64,000 nt of DNA. Origin: Bacteroidetes bacterium UBA7692. GTDB taxonomy: Bacteria > Bacteroidota > Bacteroidia > Chitinophagales > LD1. The stretch spans positions 856 through 64,855 of the forward strand of contig DLGO01000001.1 of assembly GCA_002482725.1 (NCBI GenBank), given 5' to 3'. The position numbers were made by a program, and so were the translations under genes. This document shows positions 1 to 10,871 of this stretch, piece by piece; within the stretch, counting starts at the first letter, position 1, and each line of letters opens with the position of its first letter. The notes beneath the pieces were generated by a model. The model ran no database searches. It saw nothing but the letters and a program-made list of their open reading frames with translations, and had not been told where the DNA came from.

Positions 1-294
1 TTTACCGAGATATGCGGCGGCTGCGAGCGGATAAAGAATACGCCCATACCATTTTCTTATAGCGGATTTATCAAGAAGTTCATCTTCTTTTATATCATGA
101 CACTGCCACTGGGCTATGTGTTTGCGGTAGGCTACCTGATCATTCCCATTGTAGTATTTATCTTCTACGTGCTGGCAAGCCTGGAGTTGATAGCCGAAGA
201 AATAGAAGACCCTTTTGGCTCAGATGCCAACGACCTGCCAACGGATACTATTTCCAATGGAATACGTGAATCGGTGTTCGAAATAATGGAATAA
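1..294 (+). CDS. bestrophin/YneE (UPF0187) family channel protein, C-terminal fragment; the 5' end lies outside the window
   Basis: Frame 1 is open from nt 1 (FTEICGGCERIKNTPIPFSYSGFIKKFIFF...) and runs into the listed 97..294 ORF. The ERIxNTPxPxxY-type motif, hydrophobic segment and acidic tail resemble bacterial bestrophin homologs. Confidence 0.6.
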   Translation, partial: FTEICGGCERIKNTPIPFSYSGFIKKFIFFYIMTLPLGYVFAVGYLIIPIVVFIFYVLASLELIAEEIEDPFGSDANDLPTDTISNGIRESVFEIME

Positions 295-355
295 GCACCC
301 CAAAACCTTTTTTAACAGCGCGTGCAGGTACCCCTGCTAAGGTTACTACGGGTAA

Positions 356-2026
<1,671 letters not shown>

Positions 2027-2050
2027 GCCAGAGCAAAAGGATATAAAACG

Positions 2051-2082
2051 GCAGCGGCGCTCCATGATTGGAGCGCCGCTGC
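2051..2082. terminator. perfect 14-bp hairpin between convergent genes, a likely bidirectional terminator
   Basis: GCAGCGGCGCTCCA (2051-2064), loop TGAT, TGGAGCGCCGCTGC (2069-2082). It has A/T-rich flanks, with a T-run on the minus-strand reading. Confidence 0.6.
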
Positions 2083-2103
2083 TATCTAAAAAAGACCTGA
2101 AGT

Positions 2104-2454
2104 TTAGAATGGCAAATCTTCGCCATCCGGAACCCACTGTTTTTCTTCCTGTGCTACAAAGCCTGAGTCCTGGCTGGAACCACCACCTGCGCCTGCAGAG
2201 TCTACTTTCCATGCTTTAACGTCGGTGTACCATTTGCCATTGTATTCGCGGCTTTCCACATCGAAAAAGACGTTCAGCTCGCTGCCTACTACCAGTTGGC
2301 TTTCGGATATTTTGTCGCCCCAAACGGATACGCAAACCTTTTTAGGGTATTGGCCGGGAGTTTCGATAATGATGTCTTGTTTTTTCCAGGGGCCGTTCTT
2401 GCCTGCACCTGTTTGTGCCGGCAATACCTGAACCAGTCTACCTTTGATTTCCAT
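2104..2454 (-). CDS. DUF3127 domain-containing protein
   Basis: 116 aa. MEIKGRLVQVLPAQTGAGKNGPWKKQDIIIET...YPKKVCVSVWGDKI...ESREYNGKWYTDVKAWKV matches the conserved DUF3127 pattern as I recall it. Confidence 0.75.
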   Translation of the reverse strand: MEIKGRLVQVLPAQTGAGKNGPWKKQDIIIETPGQYPKKVCVSVWGDKISESQLVVGSELNVFFDVESREYNGKWYTDVKAWKVDSAGAGGGSSQDSGFVAQEEKQWVPDGEDLPF

Positions 2455-2559
2455 GTTCGTTCTTTTTTTCTTTAATCAGGACTTGCAAATATCGGAGAAT
2501 ACTTCGTTTTATCCGATACAAAAATGTACCTGACTATAACGTTCTTTAAAATATTGGTT

Positions 2560-2916
2560 TTAAATGATGGTTTCAGTCCATTCATTGAAGAGCTCATCCA
2601 GGAATACATTTTCCAACGGAGTGATAGGCTTGGTAGCTTTTACCAGCTTAACGGCAAACTCTATCAGGTGGAGGCGCTCGGCCTCGGTGCTATCCTGGTA
2701 GAAGCTGTCCATCGCTTTCTGGAATTGTGTGAAGTAGTCCTCTTCCGGAATGGACGCGAGGAATTCTGTTTGTGCATCCAATGATACATGGATGGGGAAG
2801 TTCTCGGCTATGTACTCTGCTATAATGCGGTCTTCGCCGATGCTGAACTTATGGTCTACTGCAGACAGTATCATCAATATATGATAACCTGCTACAGGTT
2901 TATTTAACTTAGGCAT
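2560..2916 (-). CDS. hypothetical protein (small helical protein; TerB-like fold possible)
   Basis: 118-aa ORF with protein-like composition in a coding-dense context. I recognise no diagnostic motif. Confidence 0.5.
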   Translation of the reverse strand: MPKLNKPVAGYHILMILSAVDHKFSIGEDRIIAEYIAENFPIHVSLDAQTEFLASIPEEDYFTQFQKAMDSFYQDSTEAERLHLIEFAVKLVKATKPITPLENVFLDELFNEWTETII

Positions 2917-2995
2917 ATTGTGTGTTTTCTTTTATAAAGATAAATATCATTTAGTTATTACACTAAACAATAAATACGATGGGCCTTTTTAAAAT

Positions 2996-4426
2996 TTAAC
3001 CTTTCAGGAACTCTGCAAACCACTTGCCGGAGTCTTTGATGGTGCGCTGCTGTGTGTTGAAGTCGACACCAACCATGCCAAAGCGTGGCCTGTAGCCCTC
3101 TGCCCACTCGAAGTTGTCGAGGAAACTCCATACGAAGTAGCCATCTACTTTTATGCCTTCTTTTTTGGCGCGCAATACCTGCTTCAGGTAGTCCTGTATA
3201 AACTTGGTGCGCTCTGCATCATGGATAGCACCGTCTACGTTTTCGTCTTTGAAGGCAGCCCCGTTTTCGGTAACGATGAGCTTCTTAATCTTGGGATACG
3301 CGGCAAACTGTTTCAGCACCTGGTATATACCCTCTGGGTAAACCTCCCAGTTCATTTCGGTGATGGGGTGGCCCAGCTTCTTGGGCTTGATGTTGAGCGC
3401 ATGCAGCATAGGCACAATGCCCAGGTATTTGGCAACTATGCGGGTGTAGTTCTGCACGCCTATGAAGTCGAAGTCGAACTCCATTTTTTGAGCATCATCC
3501 TCTTTGGTGTACTTCTCCATACGCCACAGAGCAGGCAGGTCTTTAACAGGATATCCCATGCCCAAAACAGGCTCTACGAACAGACGGTTGATGAGCACGT
3601 CGCTGCGGCGCACCGCATCGGCATTCAGCTTTGTGTCTTTCCATGCTTCTACAGGGCTGCAGGAGAAGGTGGTGCCTATGTTGGCATCCTTAACTGTACT
3701 GCGCAAAGCACGACCACCGGCACCATGAGACATAACGGCATGGTGCACAGCAGGGAAGAAATTCTTGTAGCCAAACTTGCCCGGGGCATGGATGCCCAGC
3801 AGGTAACCAAGGCCGGTGAAAGCCATAGGCTCATTGAACACCATCCAGTTTTTGACCCTGTCGCCAAAGCTGCGTCCACAGAGACCAACGTAGTCCTCGA
3901 ACCACTTGATAGAATCGCGGTTTACCCAGCCGCCTTTTTCCTGCAAGGCTTGCGGCAGGTCCCAGTGGTAGCAGGTAACCCAAGGCTCTACGCCTTCCTT
4001 CAGGCATTTGTCTATGAGGCGGTTGTAGAAGTCGATACCTTTTTGATTTGGAGTGCCTGTGCCTGTTGGCAACACGCGGCTCCAACCTATAGAGAAGCGG
4101 GAGGCCGGGATGTTCATCTTGCGCATCAGCTCGATGTCGCTCTCGTACTTATGGTAAAAGTCGCAGGCCACGTCACCGTTTTCGCGGGTCTTTACCTTGT
4201 TCTTTTTGGTATGGGTGAAATGATCCCAGATGCTTTCTCCTTTGCCATCCTGGTCCCAGGCACCTTCTATCTGGTAGGCCGCGGTAGCAGTACCCCAAAT
4301 GAAGTCTTTGCCAAAGTCGCTGCGCTTCAGCTCTTCATCTGCAAGCACCTTTGCCATTAAACACTTTGGCAGCATTGCACCTGCTGCCAGCATTGCGCTA
4401 ACCTTTAGCCACTCTTCTCTGGTCAT
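2996..4426 (-). CDS. GH1 family beta-glucosidase with an N-terminal export-like extension
   Basis: 476 aa. GH1 hallmarks are present: FIWGTATAAYQIEG, acid/base MVFNEP and nucleophile VTENGAA. About 35 aa of hydrophobic leader precede the domain. Confidence 0.9.
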   Translation of the reverse strand: MTREEWLKVSAMLAAGAMLPKCLMAKVLADEELKRSDFGKDFIWGTATAAYQIEGAWDQDGKGESIWDHFTHTKKNKVKTRENGDVACDFYHKYESDIELMRKMNIPASRFSIGWSRVLPTGTGTPNQKGIDFYNRLIDKCLKEGVEPWVTCYHWDLPQALQEKGGWVNRDSIKWFEDYVGLCGRSFGDRVKNWMVFNEPMAFTGLGYLLGIHAPGKFGYKNFFPAVHHAVMSHGAGGRALRSTVKDANIGTTFSCSPVEAWKDTKLNADAVRRSDVLINRLFVEPVLGMGYPVKDLPALWRMEKYTKEDDAQKMEFDFDFIGVQNYTRIVAKYLGIVPMLHALNIKPKKLGHPITEMNWEVYPEGIYQVLKQFAAYPKIKKLIVTENGAAFKDENVDGAIHDAERTKFIQDYLKQVLRAKKEGIKVDGYFVWSFLDNFEWAEGYRPRFGMVGVDFNTQQRTIKDSGKWFAEFLKG

Positions 4427-4483
4427 AAAAATGAAGTTTTGGTAAACTAACTGCTCAATATTAATCTAAAAAACGGTTGTAAG

Positions 4484-4996
4484 CTATCTGTTTTTCTCCG
4501 CTTTAAGGGCACGTGACATTTCGGGATAGCCCTGCTTTTTCAGCAAGGCATTTATCATATTGGAAATGCGGCGGGCTTTTGTTTCGGGAGTCTTTGCAGA
4601 CTCTACCCATTTGGAAAAGTAGTTTTGGTGCGAAGGGGTGAGCGACCTGAAGAACTCCAGCGCTTTGGGTTCCAGTTCCAGGCATTCCATCACATCGCCC
4701 GATGGAAGAACGGGGGAATCATCCACCGAAAGCTGAGCCTCCAGCATGGCACCTTTGTTCTTTGCAAGTGCCTTGCGCATATCGGCATTTACAGGCAGTA
4801 TGAAAGTGCCATCGCCCATGGGCATAACGGCTACCTGCTTTATGGCAAGGCTATCCAGCTTGCCCTTTACGCGGAAGGCTTTTTTGTTGCCGGGAAGCAG
4901 CTCTTCGGCCAGGTCGTGCGGCAGGACAATATAGATCCAGCCTGTCTTTTCGCCCTTCTCACCAAACTTAAGCATAGGTGCTGTATATCGTATCAT
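4484..4996 (-). CDS. DUF1905 / YdeI (OmpD-associated) family protein
   Basis: 170 aa. The N-terminal half is DUF1905-like (GWIYIVLP...FRVKGKLD). The C-terminal half is YdeI-like (LTPSHQNYFSKWVESAKTPETKARRI). Confidence 0.7.
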   Translation of the reverse strand: MIRYTAPMLKFGEKGEKTGWIYIVLPHDLAEELLPGNKKAFRVKGKLDSLAIKQVAVMPMGDGTFILPVNADMRKALAKNKGAMLEAQLSVDDSPVLPSGDVMECLELEPKALEFFRSLTPSHQNYFSKWVESAKTPETKARRISNMINALLKKQGYPEMSRALKAEKNR

Positions 4997-5054
4997 AAGC
5001 CGTAATGTGGAGCCAAAGTTATGAGGTTAGGTCCAATTGTAGTGAGGCTTCTTT

Positions 5055-6248
5055 ATGTTTGTACCCATGATAAAGAAACTGGTTAAGCAGCTTGATAAGC
5101 GATTTGCAGAATTCCTGAGCTATCAGCAGTCGGCAGGCATACTTATAATACTGGCTACGGTTGTATCGCTGATAATGGCCAATACTCCATTGCTACATGC
5201 GATAGAAGCGTTCTGGCATATTCCGTTGGGCTGGCGTTTCAGCGGTTTGGGGTTTTCGCTTACTACACATGAGTGGGTGAATGACGGGCTGATGGCAGTG
5301 TTCTTTTTTCTGGTAGGGCTTGAAATAAAAAGAGAGGTGCTGGGAGGTGAACTGTCTTCTGTTAAGATGGCTACCCTGCCGATAGTTGCAGCAATAGGAG
5401 GCATGATAGTGCCTGCATTGATATACTATTCGATTAACTTTTCCAATCCGGATACTTCTCATGGATGGGGAATACCAATGGCTACGGATATAGCTTTCGC
5501 ATTGGCCATATTATTACTAGCCGGAGACAAAGTGCCACCTTCGCTAAAGCTATTGCTGACGTCGTTGGCTGTGGTAGATGATCTGGGTGCCATTGTAGTG
5601 ATAGCGGCATTTTACTCCGGTGGTTTGGCATGGAGTTATCTCGGAGCTGCGGTACTAGTGGTACTGATACTGGCAGCCATGAACTATGCAGGTGTTAAGC
5701 GGTTTGTATTTTACCTGATACCAGGCATAGTGCTATGGTACCTGGTGTATAAATCGGGCATACATGCTACGATAGCAGGTGTGGTGCTGGCTATATTTAT
5801 CCCATACGGAAAAGGCGAAGATTCGTCTACTCTGATGAAGCTGGAGCACGCGCTGAATAGGCCAGTTAACTTCATGATATTGCCATTGTTTGCATTATCT
5901 AACACACTTATTCCTTTGTCGGGCGACATGATTCAAGGGCTGGGTAGTGCTATGAGCATTGGCATATTTGCTGGTTTGGTGATAGGCAAGCCATTGGGCA
6001 TAAGTTTGTTTACGTGGCTGGCATTGAAAACAGGCCTGAGCAAGCTTAGCGGAGGAGCTAATATGAAGCAGATAATCAGTGTTAGTATACTTGGGGGTAT
6101 CGGTTTTACGATGAGCATTTTTGTGGCATTGCTGGCATTTAAAAACCCTGCTTATATTGATGCTGCAAAGCTGAGCATTCTGATTTCCTCTGCGGTGGCT
6201 GCCGTAGGTGGCTTATTGGTTTTGAGGTTGAGCAGTGCAAAGGAGTAA
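5055..6248 (+). CDS. nhaA: Na+/H+ antiporter NhaA
   Basis: 397 aa polytopic membrane protein. It has NhaA-type motifs (WVNDGLMAVFFFLVGLEIKRE; PMATDIAFALA; AVVDDLGAI). The start could instead be the Met at 5067. Confidence 0.9.
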   Translation: MFVPMIKKLVKQLDKRFAEFLSYQQSAGILIILATVVSLIMANTPLLHAIEAFWHIPLGWRFSGLGFSLTTHEWVNDGLMAVFFFLVGLEIKREVLGGELSSVKMATLPIVAAIGGMIVPALIYYSINFSNPDTSHGWGIPMATDIAFALAILLLAGDKVPPSLKLLLTSLAVVDDLGAIVVIAAFYSGGLAWSYLGAAVLVVLILAAMNYAGVKRFVFYLIPGIVLWYLVYKSGIHATIAGVVLAIFIPYGKGEDSSTLMKLEHALNRPVNFMILPLFALSNTLIPLSGDMIQGLGSAMSIGIFAGLVIGKPLGISLFTWLALKTGLSKLSGGANMKQIISVSILGGIGFTMSIFVALLAFKNPAYIDAAKLSILISSAVAAVGGLLVLRLSSAKE

Positions 6249-6337
6249 CACTGCAAAATCACAATAGATGATATTAAGCTAACAATATTGCAACACAACT
6301 ATTATATTCGACATCATATTAATCAAATCAGACAGTT

Positions 6338-7804
6338 ATGAAAAATAATCTTTTACTCGGAGCATGTTTGCTGATAAGCAGTGTGGGATTCGGCCAACGA
6401 TACCTGACGCCACAGTTCAGCAATGTGACAGTTACAAAAAACGTTGTTTACGGAAAAAACTATGGATATGGCAGTGCTTTTTCTGCATTAGAAGACCTGA
6501 AGATGGATGTATATCTGCCGGATGGTGATACCGCAAGCAAGCGCCCTGTAATCATATTCGGACATGCGGGATCTTACCTGACTCTATACCCATGGGGAAT
6601 AAAAGAACAGTACAGCGTAGTGGAGCTATGCACACGATTTGCCAAGCTGGGCTATGTAGCAGTATCTATTGATTACCGTCTTGGCTGGAGTGCCGGCGAC
6701 CCTGTTGACAAGGTGCGTGAGAAGACCATTATAAATGCAGTATACCTTGCAGGGCAGGATTATAAAACAGCTATTCGTTATTTCAAGAAAGATGCATATA
6801 CGGACAACCTGTGGAAGGCAGACCCATGTAAAGTATTCATAGCGGGTACTAACTCGGGAGGTTACTCTGCACTGGCAGCAGGCAACCTGGATAAAACAAG
6901 TGAGCTGTCTCAACTGAAATTTTTGGATGCACAAGGACAGCCTTATATCAACCAGGCGATAAGCGGTGATTTTGAAGGCTATGGTGGCACCAAAAACTAT
7001 GACAACCACAAAGGCTACTCGAATAAGTTTGTGGGTACCCTGGCATTGGGTGCTGCAACGGGAGATACCACATGGGTTGAGGCAGGTGACCCACCGGTAG
7101 TTGCTTTTCACGGAACAAAAGAAACTACTACACCCTATAATAAGGCGATAGTTATCACATCAAGCGGTACTGCAATTATAGAAGTGTTCGGTTCGGGTGA
7201 TTTTATGCCAAGACATGAGAGATTGGGTAACAATAATGTGTTTAATGTTGCCGGAATGCCAGTAGCGCCTAAGAACGGGTATAATGACAACAACAATAAC
7301 TTCATACAGACCAATGTGGTAAACGGACTGTATCCTTTATACGGCGAAGGATTTGAGCCATGGAGCTGGTACGATGGAGCTCAACCTGTGAGTGATCCGG
7401 ACAATAAGCTTAATCCGGGTGCTTCCCAAACCAAGGGGATGAAATACATTGATACCATTATGGCTTATACTGCGCCAAGGTTCAATGCAATAATAGAAGC
7501 AACAGCTTCCGATTGTGTATATACTGTAGGTATAGAAGAAGCAAACAAGATTGATGAGGCTGCCTATACCATGGTGCCAAATCCTGCGAGCAACACGATT
7601 ACAGTATTTACCAAAGACATTAAGGGAGATATAGCTTCAGTAACCTTGTTTGATGTAAACGGAAGGGCAGTTAAGTCTTTGAATGGCTTTGAATACAACT
7701 ATGCCGTGATGAATGTAGAAGATGTGCCGAATGGTATGTACTTCCTGCAAATAGCAAATAAAAATGGAGCTGTAGCAACTAAGAAGGCGATAATACAGCG
7801 ATAG
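6338..7804 (+). CDS. secreted alpha/beta-hydrolase (esterase-like) with a T9SS type A C-terminal sorting domain
   Basis: 488 aa with an N-terminal signal peptide. The hydrolase core includes HAGSY, IAGTNSGGYSA and AFHG. The C-terminal ~80 aa (MVPNPASNTITV...GMYFLQI...KKAIIQR) looks like a Por/T9SS secretion CTD. Confidence 0.8.
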   Translation: MKNNLLLGACLLISSVGFGQRYLTPQFSNVTVTKNVVYGKNYGYGSAFSALEDLKMDVYLPDGDTASKRPVIIFGHAGSYLTLYPWGIKEQYSVVELCTRFAKLGYVAVSIDYRLGWSAGDPVDKVREKTIINAVYLAGQDYKTAIRYFKKDAYTDNLWKADPCKVFIAGTNSGGYSALAAGNLDKTSELSQLKFLDAQGQPYINQAISGDFEGYGGTKNYDNHKGYSNKFVGTLALGAATGDTTWVEAGDPPVVAFHGTKETTTPYNKAIVITSSGTAIIEVFGSGDFMPRHERLGNNNVFNVAGMPVAPKNGYNDNNNNFIQTNVVNGLYPLYGEGFEPWSWYDGAQPVSDPDNKLNPGASQTKGMKYIDTIMAYTAPRFNAIIEATASDCVYTVGIEEANKIDEAAYTMVPNPASNTITVFTKDIKGDIASVTLFDVNGRAVKSLNGFEYNYAVMNVEDVPNGMYFLQIANKNGAVATKKAIIQR

Positions 7805-7868
7805 ATTATAGCGTAAAGTTTTGGAAGGGGGACGATGGTGAAAGCTGTCTTCCCTCTTTTATTTTGCA

Positions 7869-8237
7869 CTATAAATAGTCGCTGAGGAAGTTCAATAGGT
7901 ATTTGCCAAAGATAAGCAGGCCTACTGCTATCGATGTAATAGCTGCAATAAGTACTGCGGCAGCACCTAAATCCTTAGCCTGCTTGGCAAGTGGATGAAT
8001 GGATGGAGATGCTAGGTCTACCACTTTTTCTATGGCAGAATTGACTACCTCTGTGGCGATGACGAAGCCACAAACCAATATGACAATGAGCCACTCATTG
8101 AAAGTAATATTGCAGATAAGACCTGCCGCGATAACGCATAGAAACACGGTGAAATGGATGCGAAGATTGGGCTGCTCCTTTGCGGCAGTATTCAATCCTT
8201 CTATGGCAAACCCTAAGCTTTTCAGGAATCTCTTCAT
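7869..8237 (-). CDS. dgkA: diacylglycerol kinase (DgkA family)
   Basis: 122 aa with three TM segments. FAIEGL...EQPNLRIH and ATEVVNSAIEKVVD match DgkA. Confidence 0.85.
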   Translation of the reverse strand: MKRFLKSLGFAIEGLNTAAKEQPNLRIHFTVFLCVIAAGLICNITFNEWLIVILVCGFVIATEVVNSAIEKVVDLASPSIHPLAKQAKDLGAAAVLIAAITSIAVGLLIFGKYLLNFLSDYL

Positions 8238-8239
8238 GA

Positions 8240-8596
8240 TTATTTGTAGTGTGCGTATACTTCTGTTATCTCAAGTTTAGAATTCAGTATAAACGTTTCT
8301 GAAGCTAAAAGATTATTGACGCTTCTGTAATGTATTACAAATGAACTTGAACCGCACAGTATTTCGAACAGCTCAAATTTTAAGTAGGGATAAGCCTCTA
8401 ATGCTTTTGAAAAGTAAGCGCGCAGGTTGTCTTTTCCTTCAAGCAATCCATCCGGATTACCTGTAAGCCGTTGTACAAAAGGGGAGTGGAAAATTATACC
8501 GGCACTATAGTGCTTGAGTATATCTTCCAGATTATGTGCATTCCATGCAGTCAGCCATTCATTAGCTATTTGTTCCGCGTCAGTTCGATTCATCAT
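8240..8596 (-). CDS. SnoaL-like / NTF2-fold family protein
   Basis: 118 aa. The start overlaps the upstream gene stop by 4 nt (ATGA). The size and pattern (WLTAWNAHNLEDILKHYS...) are typical of SnoaL-like proteins. Confidence 0.6.
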   Translation of the reverse strand: MMNRTDAEQIANEWLTAWNAHNLEDILKHYSAGIIFHSPFVQRLTGNPDGLLEGKDNLRAYFSKALEAYPYLKFELFEILCGSSSFVIHYRSVNNLLASETFILNSKLEITEVYAHYK

Positions 8597-9672
8597 AACA
8601 ACTCCAATTTTAGTGATGCAATTCTCTCAGTTAAAAGTAGGTTTTGTTTAGGTTCCGGAGAAAAGCCTTTAGCTGAATGCGCTTTCTTCAGGTCTTCCTT
8701 CAGGTTTAGGTTTTGCTGCGATACGGTATGCGCGATTTTCTTTTCTGAAAGGCTTTTTGCGAGATACTGTTGCTCTGTTTGCCCGGGGGTGGGAATCAAG
8801 ATGGCTTTACCTCCTACAGTATGCAGGTCCATGATAGTACTGTATCCGCTGCGGGCAACGACCACGCTGCTTTGCAACATGAGTTCGTTCAATGCTGCGG
8901 CATCCATATAATCCGCTTCCTCTACAAGCTCATTCAGGTTTTTGATAGTGGTACTAGTGGGAATGCCCCTAATGATGATGGCGCGTTTGTTTAGTTGAAG
9001 TAGTTGCTCCCTGATTATGTTTTCCAGGATTGTGCGCTGAGGCTCCGGGCCGGATAGAATTGCTGCCACATCGTACTTCTTTTCAGCAGCGCCTCTTTTC
9101 ATACGCGAAAGTATGCCTATGAAATCAACGTTTAAGCCTGTGTCATGTGACAGTTCTCCCGACAGGTTGTTTTTGCCTTCTATGTCCGGAACCCAGCAAG
9201 AGTCGAAATTGGCTATCCGGGATTTGTTGAATGTAAATACTAGCTGTTGGAGCAAGCCAAAACCATCCGGCATCAATATGTTCAATTGATGCGTGATGAA
9301 GATGCTCTTCACCTTGGCAGAATAGCAGCCGTAGCGGTTGTCGGATATTATGGCAGCAGCGCTGTGTTTTTTGACCAGCTTTTGAATTGTGCTATGCTCT
9401 GCTTTAATAGCCCGGATAAATTTAGGTAGCTGAAGCGCCATCTTGAGCATAATGCGATCGCCATTAGCATAAGTAGCGTTGTATCCCGGTAAGGTTTCGA
9501 AAGGAAGTTCGCTGAAAGATCCTCTCAAAACGGCAAGTGCATGGCCATCGCTGCACAGCACCACATTGAAATTTTGTGCAAGTAGTTCGTATATAATCGG
9601 AATACATCGGGTGGCATGCCCTATACCCCAATTCAAAACACATACTAAAACAGTTGGTTGCTTGGATTGCAA
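8593..9672 (-). CDS. glycosyltransferase (MurG/GT28-like C-terminal domain family)
   Basis: 359 aa. The N-terminus (LNWGIGHATRCIPI) and C-terminal half (ARSGYSTIMDL...GKAILIPTPGQTEQ) resemble GT-B UDP-sugar transferases. Confidence 0.7.
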   Translation of the reverse strand: MQSKQPTVLVCVLNWGIGHATRCIPIIYELLAQNFNVVLCSDGHALAVLRGSFSELPFETLPGYNATYANGDRIMLKMALQLPKFIRAIKAEHSTIQKLVKKHSAAAIISDNRYGCYSAKVKSIFITHQLNILMPDGFGLLQQLVFTFNKSRIANFDSCWVPDIEGKNNLSGELSHDTGLNVDFIGILSRMKRGAAEKKYDVAAILSGPEPQRTILENIIREQLLQLNKRAIIIRGIPTSTTIKNLNELVEEADYMDAAALNELMLQSSVVVARSGYSTIMDLHTVGGKAILIPTPGQTEQQYLAKSLSEKKIAHTVSQQNLNLKEDLKKAHSAKGFSPEPKQNLLLTERIASLKLELL

Positions 9673-9726
9673 ATTCTATCTTCGTTTAGTGCAACTTACA
9701 CTATAAAACTGCGTTGTACAAATGGC

Positions 9727-9855
9727 ATGAAAAAATCTGCACAATATCTGTTCGTCTTATTGCTAGTGAGCTCGTTTAGCGCTGCTTTTTTGAGTGGCTG
9801 TAAGTCCAGCAAGTGCGACTGCCCGCATGGAACTTTTAATGGCAGGAGACATTAA
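9727..9855 (+). CDS. small Cys/His-rich lipoprotein (42 aa)
   Basis: An internal ATG of the listed 9658..9855 ORF gives MKKSAQYLFVLLLVSSFSAAFLSGC|KSSKCDCPHGTFNGRRH. This is a classic signal peptide plus lipobox (LSGC). It ends 33 nt upstream of ferritin. Confidence 0.5.
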   Translation: MKKSAQYLFVLLLVSSFSAAFLSGCKSSKCDCPHGTFNGRRH

Positions 9856-9888
9856 TTTATTCTTATATAAAAACTAAAAAACAAGAAA

Positions 9889-10422
9889 ATGCTTATACCT
9901 AAGAAAGTTGAAAAGGCACTAAATGAACACCTTGCACTGGAAATGGGAGCTATTTACCATTATCTGGCAGTGGCATCATGGTGCGATAAAGAACGTTATG
10001 AAGGAGCTTCAGCCTTCTTCCATAAGCAATCGGCCGAAGAGCAGTTACACTTTATGAAGTTCTTCAACTATATAAATGAAATGGGAGGCCATGCATTGGT
10101 TCCGGAGTTGAAGAAGCCTTTATCGGTATATAAGAGTATAGTAGAGGTATGTGAGAAATCCCTTGAGGCAGAGAAAAAGGTTACCAAGTCGGTATATAAC
10201 CTTGTAGAAGTAGCGCGAAGTGAGCACGACCACGGAACAGTTGAATTCCTGAAATTCTTTATTGATGAACAGCGTGAGGAGGAGGTGCAATTCACCAAGT
10301 TGCTGGATAAAATAAAACTGATAGGGGATGGTCCTCAGTCGTTGTACTACATAGACAAGGAGATAGAGAAACTAACTGCTAAGGCAGGTAAGAAAGACAA
10401 GAAAGCTGCGGCCGGTGAATAG
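9889..10422 (+). CDS. non-heme ferritin
   Basis: 177 aa. Ferritin-like di-iron ligand pattern (E...Y..., EEQLHFMKFFNYI, SEHDHGTVEFL, DEQREE) with a Lys-rich tail. Confidence 0.85.
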   Translation: MLIPKKVEKALNEHLALEMGAIYHYLAVASWCDKERYEGASAFFHKQSAEEQLHFMKFFNYINEMGGHALVPELKKPLSVYKSIVEVCEKSLEAEKKVTKSVYNLVEVARSEHDHGTVEFLKFFIDEQREEEVQFTKLLDKIKLIGDGPQSLYYIDKEIEKLTAKAGKKDKKAAAGE

Positions 10423-10449
10423 AAATATACCAAACTGAGCTAAAATAGA

Positions 10450-10481
10450 AAAGGGTCGATGTTTCACAACATTGACCCTTT
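10450..10481. terminator. hairpin between convergent ferritin and RRM-protein genes, a likely bidirectional terminator
   Basis: AAAGGGTCGATGTT (10450-10463), loop TCAC, AACATTGACCCTTT (10468-10481). There is one G.U pair and it is followed by TCTT. Confidence 0.65.
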
Positions 10482-10502
10482 CTTATAAAAGTTAAGAAAC
10501 TC

Positions 10503-10871
10503 TTAGTAGCGATCTCCGCCACCACGATTTCCACCTCCGTATCCACCGCCACGGTTGCCACCGCCACCGCCGTATCCGCCACTACCTCCACCGCTTGGAC
10601 GGTTGAAAGTTTTGCGAGGAGCACTTTCGTCGCGCTCGCGAGCTTCTTTTACAGACAATGGACGTTCGCCCACTTCTTTGCCGTTCAAAGCGTCGATAGC
10701 ACTTTGTGCTTCGCTTGAGTTTGGCATTTCTACAAATCCGAAACCACGGCTACGGCCTGTTTCACGATCTGTAACAATTTTTACTGAGCTAACTTCACCG
10801 TAACGCTCAAATTCTGAGCGAAGTTGGTCTTCCGTAGCGCGGAAGTGAATGTTACTTACGTACAAATTCAT
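10503..10871 (-). CDS. RNA-binding protein with an RRM domain and a Gly/Arg-rich tail
   Basis: 122 aa. RNP2 is LYVSNI and RNP1 is RGFGFVEM. The C-terminus is GGGSGGYGGGGGNRGGGYGGGNRGGGDRY. Confidence 0.9.
   Translation of the reverse strand: MNLYVSNIHFRATEDQLRSEFERYGEVSSVKIVTDRETGRSRGFGFVEMPNSSEAQSAIDALNGKEVGERPLSVKEARERDESAPRKTFNRPSGGGSGGYGGGGGNRGGGYGGGNRGGGDRY

Noticed and set aside
3221-4360. 379-aa ORF on the + strand
   Set aside because: It lies entirely antisense to the well-supported GH1 beta-glucosidase gene. Its composition is low-complexity and Val/His/Ala-rich, typical of a shadow frame, and it has no recognisable motif.
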